The notes under the pieces are model-generated. The model was not told the origin of the DNA and searched no databases. It saw only the letters and a program-made list of their open reading frames with translations. A stretch of 64,000 nucleotides of DNA, from assembly GCF_006345805.1 (NCBI RefSeq), contig NC_043018.1:18228001-18292000 (forward strand), read 5' to 3'. Source of the DNA: Octopus sinensis (Eukaryota). A program made the translations under genes and the position numbers. How positions within the stretch are numbered: the first letter of the stretch is position 1; every line of letters starts with the position of its first letter. Below are positions 12,296 through 25,158 of this stretch, one piece after another.

Positions 12296-12956
12296 TAATA
12301 AATAAAATATATGCATACATACAAACATATATGTACGTACCTACATCTACATGTACATATACATGCATATATAAATATATATACGTGAGTACAGGACACC
12401 ACAACTAGACGTAGAACTCAACGAGAAACGAAAACGGAAAAACAAGCATGGAACAAACCATTTTTTTACAACAGAAAAACAGAGTACAAGACAAACTACA
12501 CAAGGAAAAATCCCCTTCATCAGCTGTCTCTAGTTCAACTCTAGTGTGTTTCGAAGGTAAGACAGAACACGACTCGTTGAAACTAGCCCTTCCTGCGAGA
12601 GAATTAAAATAAAATTACTTCGCAGAGGGGTAAAAACAAGAAAGAAAAAAAATAAAATGTAACACAAACAGGACGTATAAACGATACAAATAAAAATACA
12701 AAATAAATTACAAGATAAAAATACATGTACAAGAAAATACAATACGGGAAGTAAAAATAAACAAGAAAACAAACGAAAAGGCCTTTTTCTGGCTTAGACG
12801 GAGGAGATTCTGGCAGCGCAAGGGAAAGTAAAAGTGTGTTCACAGTTTGAAGGCCGCATGTAAAAAGGAAGTAATTTTGGCTAGCAGTGACAAAGATGAG
12901 GAGGAGTGAGAGAGAGAGAGATAGAGGAAGACAAGCGGCTGAGAAAGAGATGAGGA

Positions 12957-12998
<42 letters not shown>

Positions 12999-13322
12999 GA
13001 AGGTAAAGCAAAGAGATAAGGAATTTCGCGTCATAATTAATATATAAAACAGTACTTGGAGAATAAGAACGGAACGAAACGAACGAATCGAATCGAATCG
13101 ACGCGAGGGCGCTGTCAAACAATAGTGAATTAAATAAAATATATGCATACATACAAACATATATGTACGTACCTACATCTACATGTACATATACATGCAT
13201 ATATAAATATATATACGTGAGTACAGGACACCACAACTAGACGTAGAACTCAACGACAAACGAAAACGGAAAAACAAGCATGGAACAAACCATTTTTTTT
13301 ACAACAGAAAAGCAGAGTACAA
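12296..13322 (-). mobile_element. Repeat with ~190-bp terminal direct repeats, probably Penelope-like pseudo-LTR tandem; no ORF
   Basis: ~12299-12490 recurs at ~13131-13322. A degenerate opposite-strand copy lies at ~23905-24040. Confidence 0.55.
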
Positions 13323-13414
13323 GTATATATATGTATATATATATGTATATATATATAGAGAGAGAGATAAGCATCCAAAGAAACATATATACGTTTATAT
13401 AGTATATATACATA

Positions 13415-13451
<37 letters not shown>

Positions 13452-14012
13452 CACATATGTGCGAGTGTGTATTATTTATATGCACACATGTATATGTATG
13501 AATTAATACATGCGCTTCTGGATGTGTTTTCGATCACGTGATGCATTGAAATTCGATGAAAATTCCTTTTAACCTTTCCTCGAGTCATCTTGCCAAATAA
13601 TTCATTAGCTGCACTCTTAAACAATCAGATAATTACCGGAAGGCTTGCATTAGTCTGGTTATGTAGGTGAGTTTATATGCGTGCAGTGTGGCAGTGGTGT
13701 ATATATATATGTGTGTATATTAATGTTACACATACCTACTAAACGTAGATTGCGTTCTATAAATAAAGATATAAAGATATAAAGAGACAAAATGTTTCCA
13801 TATAGATTTCAAATTGTAATGATTTTTTTCAAAAAAAATACTAATCTAAAAATATAATGAAAATGTATAACACAGATTGCAGAACGAGAGGTTATTGTTA
13901 CTCGCACTTAAATACATAGATATGTGTTGATTCGTGCCGGAACGCATGTATGAACATCGCCATACACACGCACACACATATACAGTAATATATATTTTAG
14001 ACACAAATATAT

Positions 14013-14395
14013 GGAAGCACTCCGTCGGTTACGACGACGAGGGTTCCGGTTGATCCGAATCAACGGAACAGCCTGCTCGTGAAATTAACGTGTAAGTGGC
14101 TGAGCACTCCACAGACACGTGTACCCTTAACGTAGTTCTCGGGGATATTCAGCGTGACACAGAGAGTGACAAGGCCGGCTCTTTGAAATACAGGTACAAC
14201 AGAAACAGGAAGTAGGAGTGAGAGAAAGTTTTGGTGAAAGAGTACAGCAGGGATCACCACCATCCCTGCCGGAGCCTCGTGGAGCTTTAGGTGTTTTCGC
14301 TCAATAAACACTCACAACGCCCGGTCTGGGAATCGAAACCGCAATCCTACGACCGCGAGTCCGCTGCCCTAACCACTGGGCCATTACGCCTCCAC
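14013..14395 (-). mobile_element. Full-length SINE family B
   Basis: Reverse complement of 6357-6743; TSD ACACAAATATAT. Confidence 0.92.
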
Positions 14396-14418
14396 ACACA
14401 AATATATATGCATGTATA

Positions 14419-14457
<39 letters not shown>

Positions 14458-14492
14458 ACTTGCATGTGTATGTATCAAAGTGATATTTATAA

Positions 14493-15448
14493 CTAGGCTA
14501 CCCGTGACCCGTTGGGTCACTGGAAAACCCAGTTTCCCAGCAAAGGAGTTTTGTTTCGTGGGTCTTTCCTTTTCCAGGCAATTTCGCAGGCTTTCAACGA
14601 ATGTGACATCGAAATCATGCGTAAACGACTCCTTTTCACCAGAAAACGAAAGTTTTGGCTGCTATTTCTTGCACGCTCTGCAAACCACGTAACAGGTATG
14701 TCGGATCCTTTATCGCAAATAGCTGTTACGTAGTAGCAGGGCGTGCTAGAAATAGCAGCCAAATCTTTGGAGATTAGATAACGTTGAATGCACTCGAAAA
14801 AATTCTACGGAAAAAACTATTTCCTACCGAGGTTACGAAGTTCATATGTATGTAGGTATGTATGTATGTATGTGTGTGTATGTGTGCATGTATGCACGTT
14901 CGTACGCAGATGTGTACATGCGTATGCATGCATATACGCATATACGCATGTATGTATTTATGTATGTATGTACGTATGTATGTATGTGAGCATTTACGTA
15001 TGTAAGTGTGCAGACGTGTCTGCGTGTGTACATATGTGTATGTATATGTAAACGTATGGTTATGTACTGATATGTGTGTCTGTTCAAGTCGTATATATGA
15101 CTATTACTCTGTCTAAGGTTGTATGTATATAAATTTTCTGTTAAAAAAAATCAAATTGTATTTCTTTGTTGTCAAATCAGTCTAATCGAAAGGTTAGAGT
15201 TTCTTCCATTTCAGGATGAAGTCAAATTCGGAACATTTTCACATTATACACCGTTTTGGATATTCATACCCCAATCCCCGAACATATCTCAATAATCACT
15301 GCTCTAATTTACGCGAAACGTGTTTCATTCCGTTCCTATTAACATTTCAGGGTAAACTTAATTCATAGTATTTTCCCATTATGCACCAGTTTGCCTGGGT
15401 AACATTGCAAGCAAGCAAGAGTGAAACAGACTTTTACTGTATTATAGA
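14493..15448 (-). mobile_element. Probable non-autonomous Helitron-like element with internal microsatellite
   Basis: Minus strand begins A|TC(TATAATACAGTAAAAG) and ends with hairpin GTGACCC-AAC-GGGTCAC, then CTAG|T. Confidence 0.5.
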
Positions 15449-16094
15449 TGTAAAAGGCATGGGTTTATCTCTTGGATGAAGCAGAATGAATTTGCTTCGC
15501 GTTTCGGACTTTCGTCATTCTTCACAATTGGAAAAGACAAAGGAGACACGTAACGAGAGGGAGAAGAAGCAAATTAAAGAAGGCTAGGGCGAAGTATGAA
15601 GTGTCTAGATGTCCCTATGCATTTTCCTTGAAATTATTCGTGAGATAAAGCCTGATTTTCTCTTCAGAGAGTGCTCTATTGTGACGTTTCAGAGATCCAT
15701 ACAGAAATAATACTGAGGCGAACGGCATTACCTCTTTCACAAAGACTAATTCTGTTGGAGGTGTCTCAATCAATTCTGATCGGCAGTTTAGGGAGCAGTA
15801 TGTCGGCATCTCTTGAAGATTTCGTTTGAATAATGCTGTCAAGTCTTTACCAACAGTTTTAACGGCTGAAGGGACGCCGTTAATCCGCTGGTATCAAATT
15901 CCTCCCTAACGATTAAGGAAAGTATAAAGCTTCAAACAAAATAAGTTGGGAGAGGATATTGCAGAAAGAAGACGGTCTGGAAAGAAAGAATTGAGTGAAA
16001 TATTTGGTGTGGAACTTAGCAGATGGAGAATTCAATAAGGGAGATAAAAGGTGGAGAAACGATGGGGTGGGGGTGGCACAGTGTGTGTGTGTGT

Positions 16095-16266
16095 ATCTTT
16101 TGTCTTTTACTCGATTCAGTCATTGGACAGCGGCCCAAGTAGTTGTTTTATAACTGTGGTACTTACCCTAAAGATTTCTGTAACTTAGCAAACCGCTAAG
16201 TCACGGAGACGGAAGATGCTCTAAAAACACAAAGGCATAGACACACATAAAGGCATGAGCGCGCAT

Positions 16267-16306
<40 letters not shown>

Positions 16307-16725
16307 TCACGACGGGCTTCTTTCAGTTTCCGTCAACTAAATCCACTCAGAAGGTTTTTGGTCGGCCTGTGGGTACAGTAGAAGACACTTGCCCAAGTTG
16401 CCATACAGTGAGACGGAAAGGTAGGAGAGTCCAGTTTGCTGGACATTGTTGTAGAGCTGAAAAAGAAGTAATTTCTACTCTTCTCCTCTGGAAGCCATCT
16501 ACTCGCAATACCAGAGGGCACACACTCTCCTACCCTGATGTAATCTCCAGGGATACAGGCATCCAGCAACAGGACCTCCGTAATGCTATGATGGACCGTG
16601 AAGTCTGGCGTAACATAGTAAATTCCATTGTCTCGACCACGGTCGAACAATGAATGAATGATGAATGAGACGGAAATCGAAACCATGAGGCCGGAAAACA
16701 AGTTTCTTACCACTCAGTCAATACA
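16095..16725 (-). mobile_element. Degenerate SINE family C split by an RTE insertion
   Basis: Family C body at 16095-16419 resumes at 16666-16725. Confidence 0.7.
16420..16665 (+). mobile_element. 5'-truncated RTE-clade LINE 3' end with TSD
   Basis: RRVQFAGHCCRAEKEVISTLLLWKP...DLRNAMMDREVWRNIVNSIVSTTVEQ*, short TGAA tail, 11-bp TSD TGAGACGGAAA (16409-19 and 16666-76). Confidence 0.88.
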
Positions 16726-17466
16726 TACATACATGCATACACACACTCTATCTCTCTGTCTCTCTCTCTGTTTCTCTCTGTCTCTCTCTCTCTCTCACAC
16801 AGAATTATGCTTGTATGTGGTTGCGTGTAAGTGTGTGTGTGTGTGTATGAATTTTATGAGTTTTGAAACTATCAGCGGCAGATCAGCTGCAACATTTTAA
16901 CTTTGTTAAATAGTTCCACGAAGTGACATTCATTTCAGATATTTTGGTGAGATAAACACTTTTATCTGTGAGTCGTTGTCAGTATTATATTTCAGATGAA
17001 TGTCATTTGCTGAAATATCTGTTATGATTTAATGCAGTCTCAACTGTTTAATTATATCGTCCATATATAGATCCCCCTCGACAGTGTTCTGGCATTTTAA
17101 TTTCTTTCTAAGATAGTTTAATTGGGAGTCAAGGGGTACGTCGATGGTTTTATTAATCGTACTTGCTGAGGACTGGACGGACAACCATAAAATATTTCAT
17201 TTTCATTTCATCGTTCACGGAACGAATATAACGAATTAAATCTGACGATGTGATTATTTGTGAAAAGATGATGATGGATGCATAATCGGAAGAGCAGAGA
17301 ACAAAATGTTTTGTGATATTTTAATTACGCTGCCGTTTCGAATTTACGTCTTGTCCAACTCAGGCGAATAAGATTATTTTCAAACATGGGCTGGGATCGA
17401 TAGAATTGATACGAAGCTCTCACAAAATGGCTGTTTTTATACGTATGTTAAAAATTTTTATTAGGT

Positions 17467-17930
17467 GCAAGCATGGCTGTGTGGTTGCTGCATAGTTTCA
17501 ATCCCACTGCGTGGTGCATTGGTCAAACGTTTTCTATTATCTCCTCTGTGCGCCGACCTCAGCCTTGTAAGCGGATCTGGTAGGTGGAAACTGTAAGAAG
17601 GTAGTATATATATATATAAATATATATATATATAAAATATGACCGCGTGTGTACCGTTGGCGATTGCTTTTCCTCTGTCTTCCCTTCTATGGATCTTTCC
17701 TTCTCCTATATTTCTGACGAAGAGCTCCGCTCGAAACGTTAAACCCTCCTTCTTCCCAGCCTTCCTGAGCGTCCAATAATACTATATTTGTTCCACGTCC
17801 TGGCGTTGTTGTGTTTTTTTGTGTTTTCTTGTTTGGATTAACTATATATATATATAATATATATATATATATTATATATATATATATATATATGAAACTA
17901 ACCTCTTCCTACACGTCAATCCTCGGATCT

Positions 17931-17964
<34 letters not shown>

Positions 17965-18232
17965 ATATATATATAATATATATATATATAAATATGCGAA
18001 TATATGTATATATGCATACATGTGTGTATGTGTGTGTATGTGTGTGGTTGCGTGTGTCTGTGTCTTTGTATGTGTGTATTTATGTCTTTGGATTTGTGTT
18101 TGTTCACACAACACCGCTAGACAACACCGATGTTTGTTTGTTTACATCTCTGTAACCTAGCAGTTCGGCAAAAGGATTCGACTGGATAAATACCAAACAT
18201 AAAAACATAAGTACTGGGATCAATTTGCATAA
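17467..18232 (+). mobile_element. Old SINE family C with nested insertions in its internal microsatellite
   Basis: Head GCATGGCTGTGTGG...CCCACTGCGTGG; tail CAACACCGATG...GTTCGGCAAAAG. Confidence 0.65.
17639..17841 (+). mobile_element. Penelope-like LTR fragment with a minimal hammerhead (17710-17744)
   Basis: Copy of 12039-12243 with CTGACGA-A-GAGCTCCGCTC-GAAACGTT-AAAC. Confidence 0.7.
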
Positions 18233-19560
18233 TCAGAGGAGCATCGAACAAAATATTTAGTGATACCATTTCTACTTTACATTATCCCCTACTCATGTGA
18301 ACACAATCATTATCAAGTGAGAAGTCGGATCGATAAAATCCACTCGGTGTCTATAGCTGAATCGCTAAGTTACGGGGGTGTCGTAAATCAAACCAACACC
18401 GGTTGTCAAGTCTTTGAAGGCATTGGTTGGCCCGGGACTATAAGACAAAACATTTGCCCATGGTGCCACAGTGGTACACAACTCGAAACCACGCTCATAA
18501 AGAGCTGCAGTTCTTACACAGCTAACTGTACTGAGATAATTCAGCGTAACCTCTCGAAGCAACGATCACAAGATAACTCTCCTTCAAACTCTCCATTTAT
18601 CTTATCGCTGATACACTGCTGGGTAGATTTAGCAATCTGCATCACCTACCATAGACACACTACGAAACTGCGTCTAAGTGAAAACTCACTAAACAGATCA
18701 TGTTATTTCATAAAGCTATTTCATAAAGCTTAGCTCATTACCGCAAAAATGTTGCGATTATTTTTAACAAGATCGTCTATAGTCTATAATATTCTGTATT
18801 AATACATTTTTGTAATAAATCCAATAAGATTATAGTCACGACTGTGACTGTAGTATGCCTGGGAAAATATCATAGATGCTGTTATTATCAGCACTTTTTA
18901 AGATATTAGTTGGTGATTATCAGAGTTAATGACAGCAGCAAATCACACGAAATGAAAGTATAAAACAAATAAATAGTGTTAGGTTAAACATAAGCTTCTT
19001 AGGCGCCATAATCTACACAAAGTAGCATTGACTGCTTCTATACCAGGCATGGCTGTGTGGTAGAGAGTTTGCTTCCCAACCACATATTTCCGGGTTCAGT
19101 CCCATTGCGTGATACTTTCAGCATGTATCTTCTGCAAGTAAAGGGCCTTGTGAGTGAATTTGTTAGGCGGAAACTGAAATTAGACCGTCGCCTCTGTGTG
19201 TTTGTAATATTCGTTAATTTTAGGCTGCATGTAATGTCAAAAGTTACAGACGTTGAGATAAAATTCAGTTGTTTTGTTTTCAAATCGAATGTAATTGTTT
19301 CCCAATGGTTCGGCGGGGGGAGAATTTATTGGGTGTCATCTTGTTTTATACATAAGTATGGAAGAAGTCCCCACCTTTCCCATCAACGAAAGGGTTGCAA
19401 AAGAAATAAGCGCAGAGGAGAACGCTAACCTACAGCAAGTAAATTTCAACAAGAAAAGCCTCTGTAGAGTGTTAACAATTCTTTGAGACTAAAGTAATTT
19501 CTGTCCGTGAATAGGACAAAAACCGGGGTGCGGCCCTAGCTACCCGTATAATGTGCCGCT

Positions 19561-19738
19561 ACGTTCTGAGTTCAAATTCCGCCGAGGTCGACTTTGCCTT
19601 TCATCCTTTCGGGGTCGATAAATTAAGTACCAGTTACCCACTAGGGTCGATGTAATCGACTTGATCCGTTTGTCTGTCCTTGTTTGTCCCCTCTGTGCTT
19701 GGCCCCTTGTGGGTAGTAAAGAAATAGGTATAGACAAA
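19561..19738 (+). mobile_element. SINE family A (Meta-domain-like core), 5'-truncated
   Basis: GAGTTCAAATTCC B-box and CCGAGGTCGACTTTGCCTTTCATCCTTTCGGGGTCGATAAATTAAGTACCAG core. Confidence 0.85.
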
Positions 19739-19846
19739 TATCCTCCCATTACAATTCCTGGCCTTGAGCTTACATTAGAAAACATGGACGTGCAGCGGAG
19801 TGACAATATCGTAAGAGCATTCGACAAGATGTCTTGTGGCATTTGT

Positions 19847-20452
19847 TATTTCTTTACTACCCACAAGGGGCTAAACACAGAGGGGGACAAACAAGCACAG
19901 AAAAAGCGTTTCAGTCGATTACATCGACCCCAGTGCGTAACTGGTACTTAATTTATCGACCCCGAAAGGATGAAAGGCAAAGTAGACGCAGGTGGACTTG
20001 TGTCATTTGTTCCATCTTTTTACAATCTGAGTAAGTATATTTCTTTATTGCCCACAAGGGGCTAAACATAGAGAGGACAAACAAAGACAGACAAAGGGAT
20101 TAAGTCGATTACACCGACCCCAGTGCGTAATTGGTACTTAATTTATCGACCCCGAAAGGATGAAAGGCAAAGTAGACATAGGTGGACTTGTGTCATTTGT
20201 TCCATCTTTTTACAGTCTGAGTAAGTATATTTCTTTATTGCCCACAAGGGGCTAAACATAGAGAGGACAAACAAGGACAGACAAAGGGATTAAGTCGATT
20301 ACACCGACCCCAGTGCGTAACTGGAACTTAATTTATCGACCCCGAAAGGATGAAAGGCAAAGTCGACCTCGGCGGAATTTGAACTCAGAACGTAACGGCA
20401 GACGAAATACGGCTACGCATTTCGCCCGGCGTGCTAACGATTCTGCCAGCTC
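19847..20452 (-). mobile_element. Three tandem SINE family A segments (~190-bp period) separated by an identical ~55-bp linker
   Basis: 19981-20170 is nearly identical to the unit starting at 20171; only the last copy keeps the tRNA head. Confidence 0.85.
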
Positions 20453-21034
20453 GAGTAGTTGGGTCGATAGTATCAGCTTAATACTGCTCACTAATTTCAG
20501 TATTTCTGCCAATATTAGAAGCAAGTGTTTAAGTGACGTCTTTTTATGTTTTCGCGTTCAAATCTCAACGAGTTCAACAAAAAGAAAACAATCAATAAAA
20601 GTCGATTTAACAGACTACACTTCTCCCCGACTGTTTTAGACTCCTGACTCTTGTCAGAAAGTCCAATTATATCATGATTTACGTACACGCACGTATCTAT
20701 GAAAGAAGAAAAGGGCGAAATCTACTTAGTCTAAACTGGCCAGTAAAAGAGAACTGAATCCTAGACTTATGCACTCCCTACCCAATTTAATGTTTAATTC
20801 GTCCAGCAAAACAGTTTCACCTTTAGTTATTGAAAACAGCATAGCGTGTTAATATCCCTTTCAACCGACATAAATATCATGAACGGTGACTTCATTTTAA
20901 AGATTGATCTAGCTTTACCAGCGGTAGACATTTGCAAATAGGAGATGGCGGACAATTTCTACTTCAGAGTTTCGAAAGTTCGAAGGTGCTGGTGGCTGAG
21001 GTCAACGTTTATCATTTCTCTCTTTCTCTCTCTT

Positions 21035-21066
<32 letters not shown>

Positions 21067-21452
21067 TATCTCTCTCCCTCTGTCTCTCTCTGTCTGTCAT
21101 TGCCTCTTACCCTCCTCCCTCTCTGTTATTATTTGCCATATTGGAACATTTATATACACCTTGCGTGCTAGCAAAGTTGCCATATTGGATTGTTGTCGTT
21201 GATATTGTTCTTTTTACGTTCCTCAACAGTGAATTATAATCATTATTTCTGTTTATTTATGATTATTTGTGTTTTCGTGCAAACATGTAATGTGCGCGCC
21301 CACACACAGAAACACACACACACACACACACACACACAAATACAAACACTCGAACATACACATACATTCATATACAAACATATACATACATACATATGTA
21401 TATATAAATTACTTTTGTTTATTTATGATTGTATGTATGTATGTATACGCAT

Positions 21453-21537
<85 letters not shown>

Positions 21538-22202
21538 TAAGTGGTAATAGTCTAAACCTTGCTCTATTTAGGTTTCCCGCTTGCAATCCGAATAATACCT
21601 AACATTTTCGATTAGCAAAATTTCATGACATGTCATTCTCTCCCTTTCATTACCGCTCTTCTGTTTTCTCTCTTTCGACTCCTACGCTCTTTCAACACTG
21701 CTTATTAACTCCATGTATTGTGATTTCAGGGCTACAGCAGCTTGGAGCAAGATTTTTTACTTCCACTGTACGTTACCAGCCACAAGCTAAATGCATTTTT
21801 CTGGTGGTCGGAATATCACTTCTCCTTCTGCGATGGAATATATTCCAACCAACCTGTTCTTTAAGCCCCTCCCTGATCAGCAAATGGGTTTAGCGAATAC
21901 GATCAGACATGACTCTACACAACCAAATGTCTACTATGCTTAGATATTCACACAGACGAAGTTTCATAAGGCACGCGGAGGTGTCGAAAACGCCATCTCT
22001 CCTGAACCTCCATCCCACCGTTAAAGTGCACCGAAGTATAACACATTTAGAATCTATGCTTCGATTACTTCGATTATTGGATATATTTCTTGCTTCATAA
22101 TTTTTCACCGGAAGATTGGGTATCCCATAATGCCGAAGCTATGTATCGAGATATGTCCTCTGAGTATTGTGAGCCGCACGCCTACGTTTTGGATTCGATA
22201 TA

Positions 22203-22267
<65 letters not shown>

Positions 22268-22269
<2 letters not shown>

Positions 22270-22822
22270 CACTCCGTCGGTTGCGGCCATGAGGGTTCCG
22301 GTTGTTCCGATCAACGGAACACCTTGCATGTGAAATTAATGTGTAAGTGGCTGAGCACTCCACAGACACGTGTACCCTTAACGTAGTTCTCGAGAAGATT
22401 CAGCGTGACACACAGTGTGACAAGGCTGGCCCTTTGAAATACAGGTACAACAGAAACAGGAAGAAAGAGTGAGAAAAAGTCGTGCTGAAAGAGTACAGCA
22501 GGGTTCACCACCCCACCCCACCCCCTGAAGAAGTTCGGCAAAAGAGACCGATAGGATAGGTACCAGGCTTTAAAAGAAGTACCAGGGTCGACACAAAAAT
22601 TCTTGGTGGTGGTGCCCCAGTCTAATGACTTAAACAAATATCAGAATTTTGCACAAGAGATAGGTCAATCACATCGATCTCAGTGTTTAATTGGTTCTTA
22701 GTTCATCGACCCCGGGAGAATGAAAGGTAAAGTCGACCTTTGCGGAATTTGAACCCAGAACGTAAAGACGACTAAAATATCTCTAAACATCTAAGCCGGC
22801 GTGCTTCCAATTCTGCTAAACC
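22268..22822. mobile_element. Cluster of a SINE B 3' half (-), a family C tail (+) and a degenerate family A copy (-)
   Basis: Visible similarity to full-length copies elsewhere in the window. Confidence 0.75.
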
Positions 22823-23325
22823 GCAATTATTAAAAACCAGGTGTCACGTTTTATGATGAAGTTGTGAGTCCCTAAACTCTTATCAAAATATTTAAAATAC
22901 ACACTCTCTCTCTCTCTCTCTCTCACTCTCTCTCTCACTCTCTCAGTCTCTCTCTCACTCACTCTCTCAGTCTCTCTCTCTCTCTCTCTCCGTCGCTCTT
23001 TCTCTCATTCTTTCACACACACACACATGCGCATATGCATATATATATATATGTGTGTTTGTGTGTATGTATGTATATATATATATACATATATATGTGT
23101 GTGTCTATGTCTGTATATATATCCATATATACACAAACACATATATATACATATATATATGATATATATAATATATATATATATATATACATATTTTTAT
23201 ATCCATATATCCTATATAATATATATGTATATATATATGTATATATATATATATTATATATATAATATATTATATATATATCTATATTTATATATATAAT
23301 ATATATTACATATTTTATATATATA

Positions 23326-23399
<74 letters not shown>

Positions 23400-23478
23400 T
23401 AATATCAGGATATAAAGATTTTGGAAATATTTACTATCAGTGGTCTGGCGTATAGAAAAATTAGTCTATAGGCTATGT

Positions 23479-23607
23479 AATTCATATAAATAAAGTGTAC
23501 ATTTAAACACATTAAGAATTTTCCATCATAGCACTCCATTACGCTAACGGGGAGTCCTATGATGGAAACCTCTTAATTGTGTTTAAATATACATTTTATC
23601 TTATATG

Positions 23608-23612
<5 letters not shown>
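23479..23612. repeat. Imperfect hairpin, ~58-bp arms, between (TA)n tracts
   Basis: AATTCATATAA...TTTCCATCATAGCACTCC pairs with GGAGTCCTATGATGGAAA...TTATATGAATT. Confidence 0.75.
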
Positions 23613-23659
<47 letters not shown>

Positions 23660-24224
23660 AACATACATATTTTATGATGGTTGGTAGAGCGGATTGCGGT
23701 ATGACTGTTATTGTATGTGCAGGATAGTTGTATAAGGAATCCGTTTGATACATACATACGCACATACATGCACTTATATATACACACATACACATATCAG
23801 TCATTAACGAAAGAATTTATAATTATGATAATATATATATATGCTCGTGTATACATGCATGCACACCCACAGTCACACACACACACACACACTCATATAT
23901 GTATATATGTTTCTATCGTTTTGTTTTCATGTTTTCGGTTCTCATTGTGTTCAACGTTTTTTTTTTATGTCCTGTACCCATATATGCATGTATATATACA
24001 TATATATGTAGGTACGTACATATATATGTATGTACATATGCATATATTTATATTATATACATACATATATATATATATATACGTATATATATATATATAT
24101 ATACGTATATATACCCATAGCTATATGCATGCATATGGTCATACATACATACGTAAGTACAAACATTTTTACATACACATTAACATACATGCCTGCATAC
24201 CAATCTACCTACCCACCCACCTAT

Positions 24225-24420
24225 CCACCTACCTACTTACCTACATACCTACCTACCTACTTACCTACTTACCTACATACATACATACATACATACATAC
24301 ATACATACATACATACACACATACATACATACGCACATACATACATACATACATGCATACATATATACCTATATCCATTCATACTTACATACATACATAT
24401 ATACCTATATCCATTCATAC

Positions 24421-24465
<45 letters not shown>

Positions 24466-24640
24466 TACATACATACATACATACATACATACATACATAC
24501 ATACATGCATACATGCATACATGCATGCATACATACATACATACATACATACATACATACATACATACATACATACATACATACATACACACACACATAC
24601 ATACATATATACCTATATCCATTCATACTTCCATAGATAC
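24225..24640. repeat. (TACC/TACA)n tetranucleotide array
   Basis: Directly visible. Confidence 0.95.
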
Positions 24641-25118
24641 ATATCAGAATCTAATGCGATAGATTCGATGTTTTAATGTCGTATCACCCAACAAACTGAA
24701 ACAAAAGATATAGCTACAACACCAACAACATTTACACTGATATTAATAAAAAAAATAATGGAGAAGTAGTTGGAATCGTTTAATAATGGCATTGGTTGTT
24801 TATGTGCCTCGTTGGGTTGGTTGTGTTTGTGCCGTTTACTCTAAATGCTCCAATGCGTTCTGTTAGTTCTATCCGTCTTCTACATCAGATGGAGGACAAA
24901 CATTATCGTAATAAGCATAAACGCGTTTTGGTTATTACTGCATGGTGTCTATATACGGATACCTGTACAGATTCTCTTATAAGTATCTATGTGTGTAGGT
25001 GTGTGTGTGGGGGGTGTTTGTATACTTTTCGATTGCTTTATATGTGCGCGTATGTGTATATACATGCATATGCATGCGTGCGCATCTACGTATACGCTTA
25101 TGTGTATATATGTGTGTA

Positions 25119-25158
<40 letters not shown>

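Noticed and set aside
12500-12600. Type II hammerhead from minus-strand GAAA...CTGATGA
   Set aside because: Stem III would have only 2 bp and stem I cannot be formed in the required order.
21967-21978. TAAGGCACGCGG, the first 12 nt of miR-124
   Set aside because: The match stops at 12 nt (AGGTG instead of TGAATG) and I see no complementary arm for a precursor hairpin.
21560-22190. Possible ancient CR1/L2 RT remnant on the minus strand
   Set aside because: Only faint resemblance (ELISSVERA..MTCHEIL) with many stops; it needs an HMM search to support.
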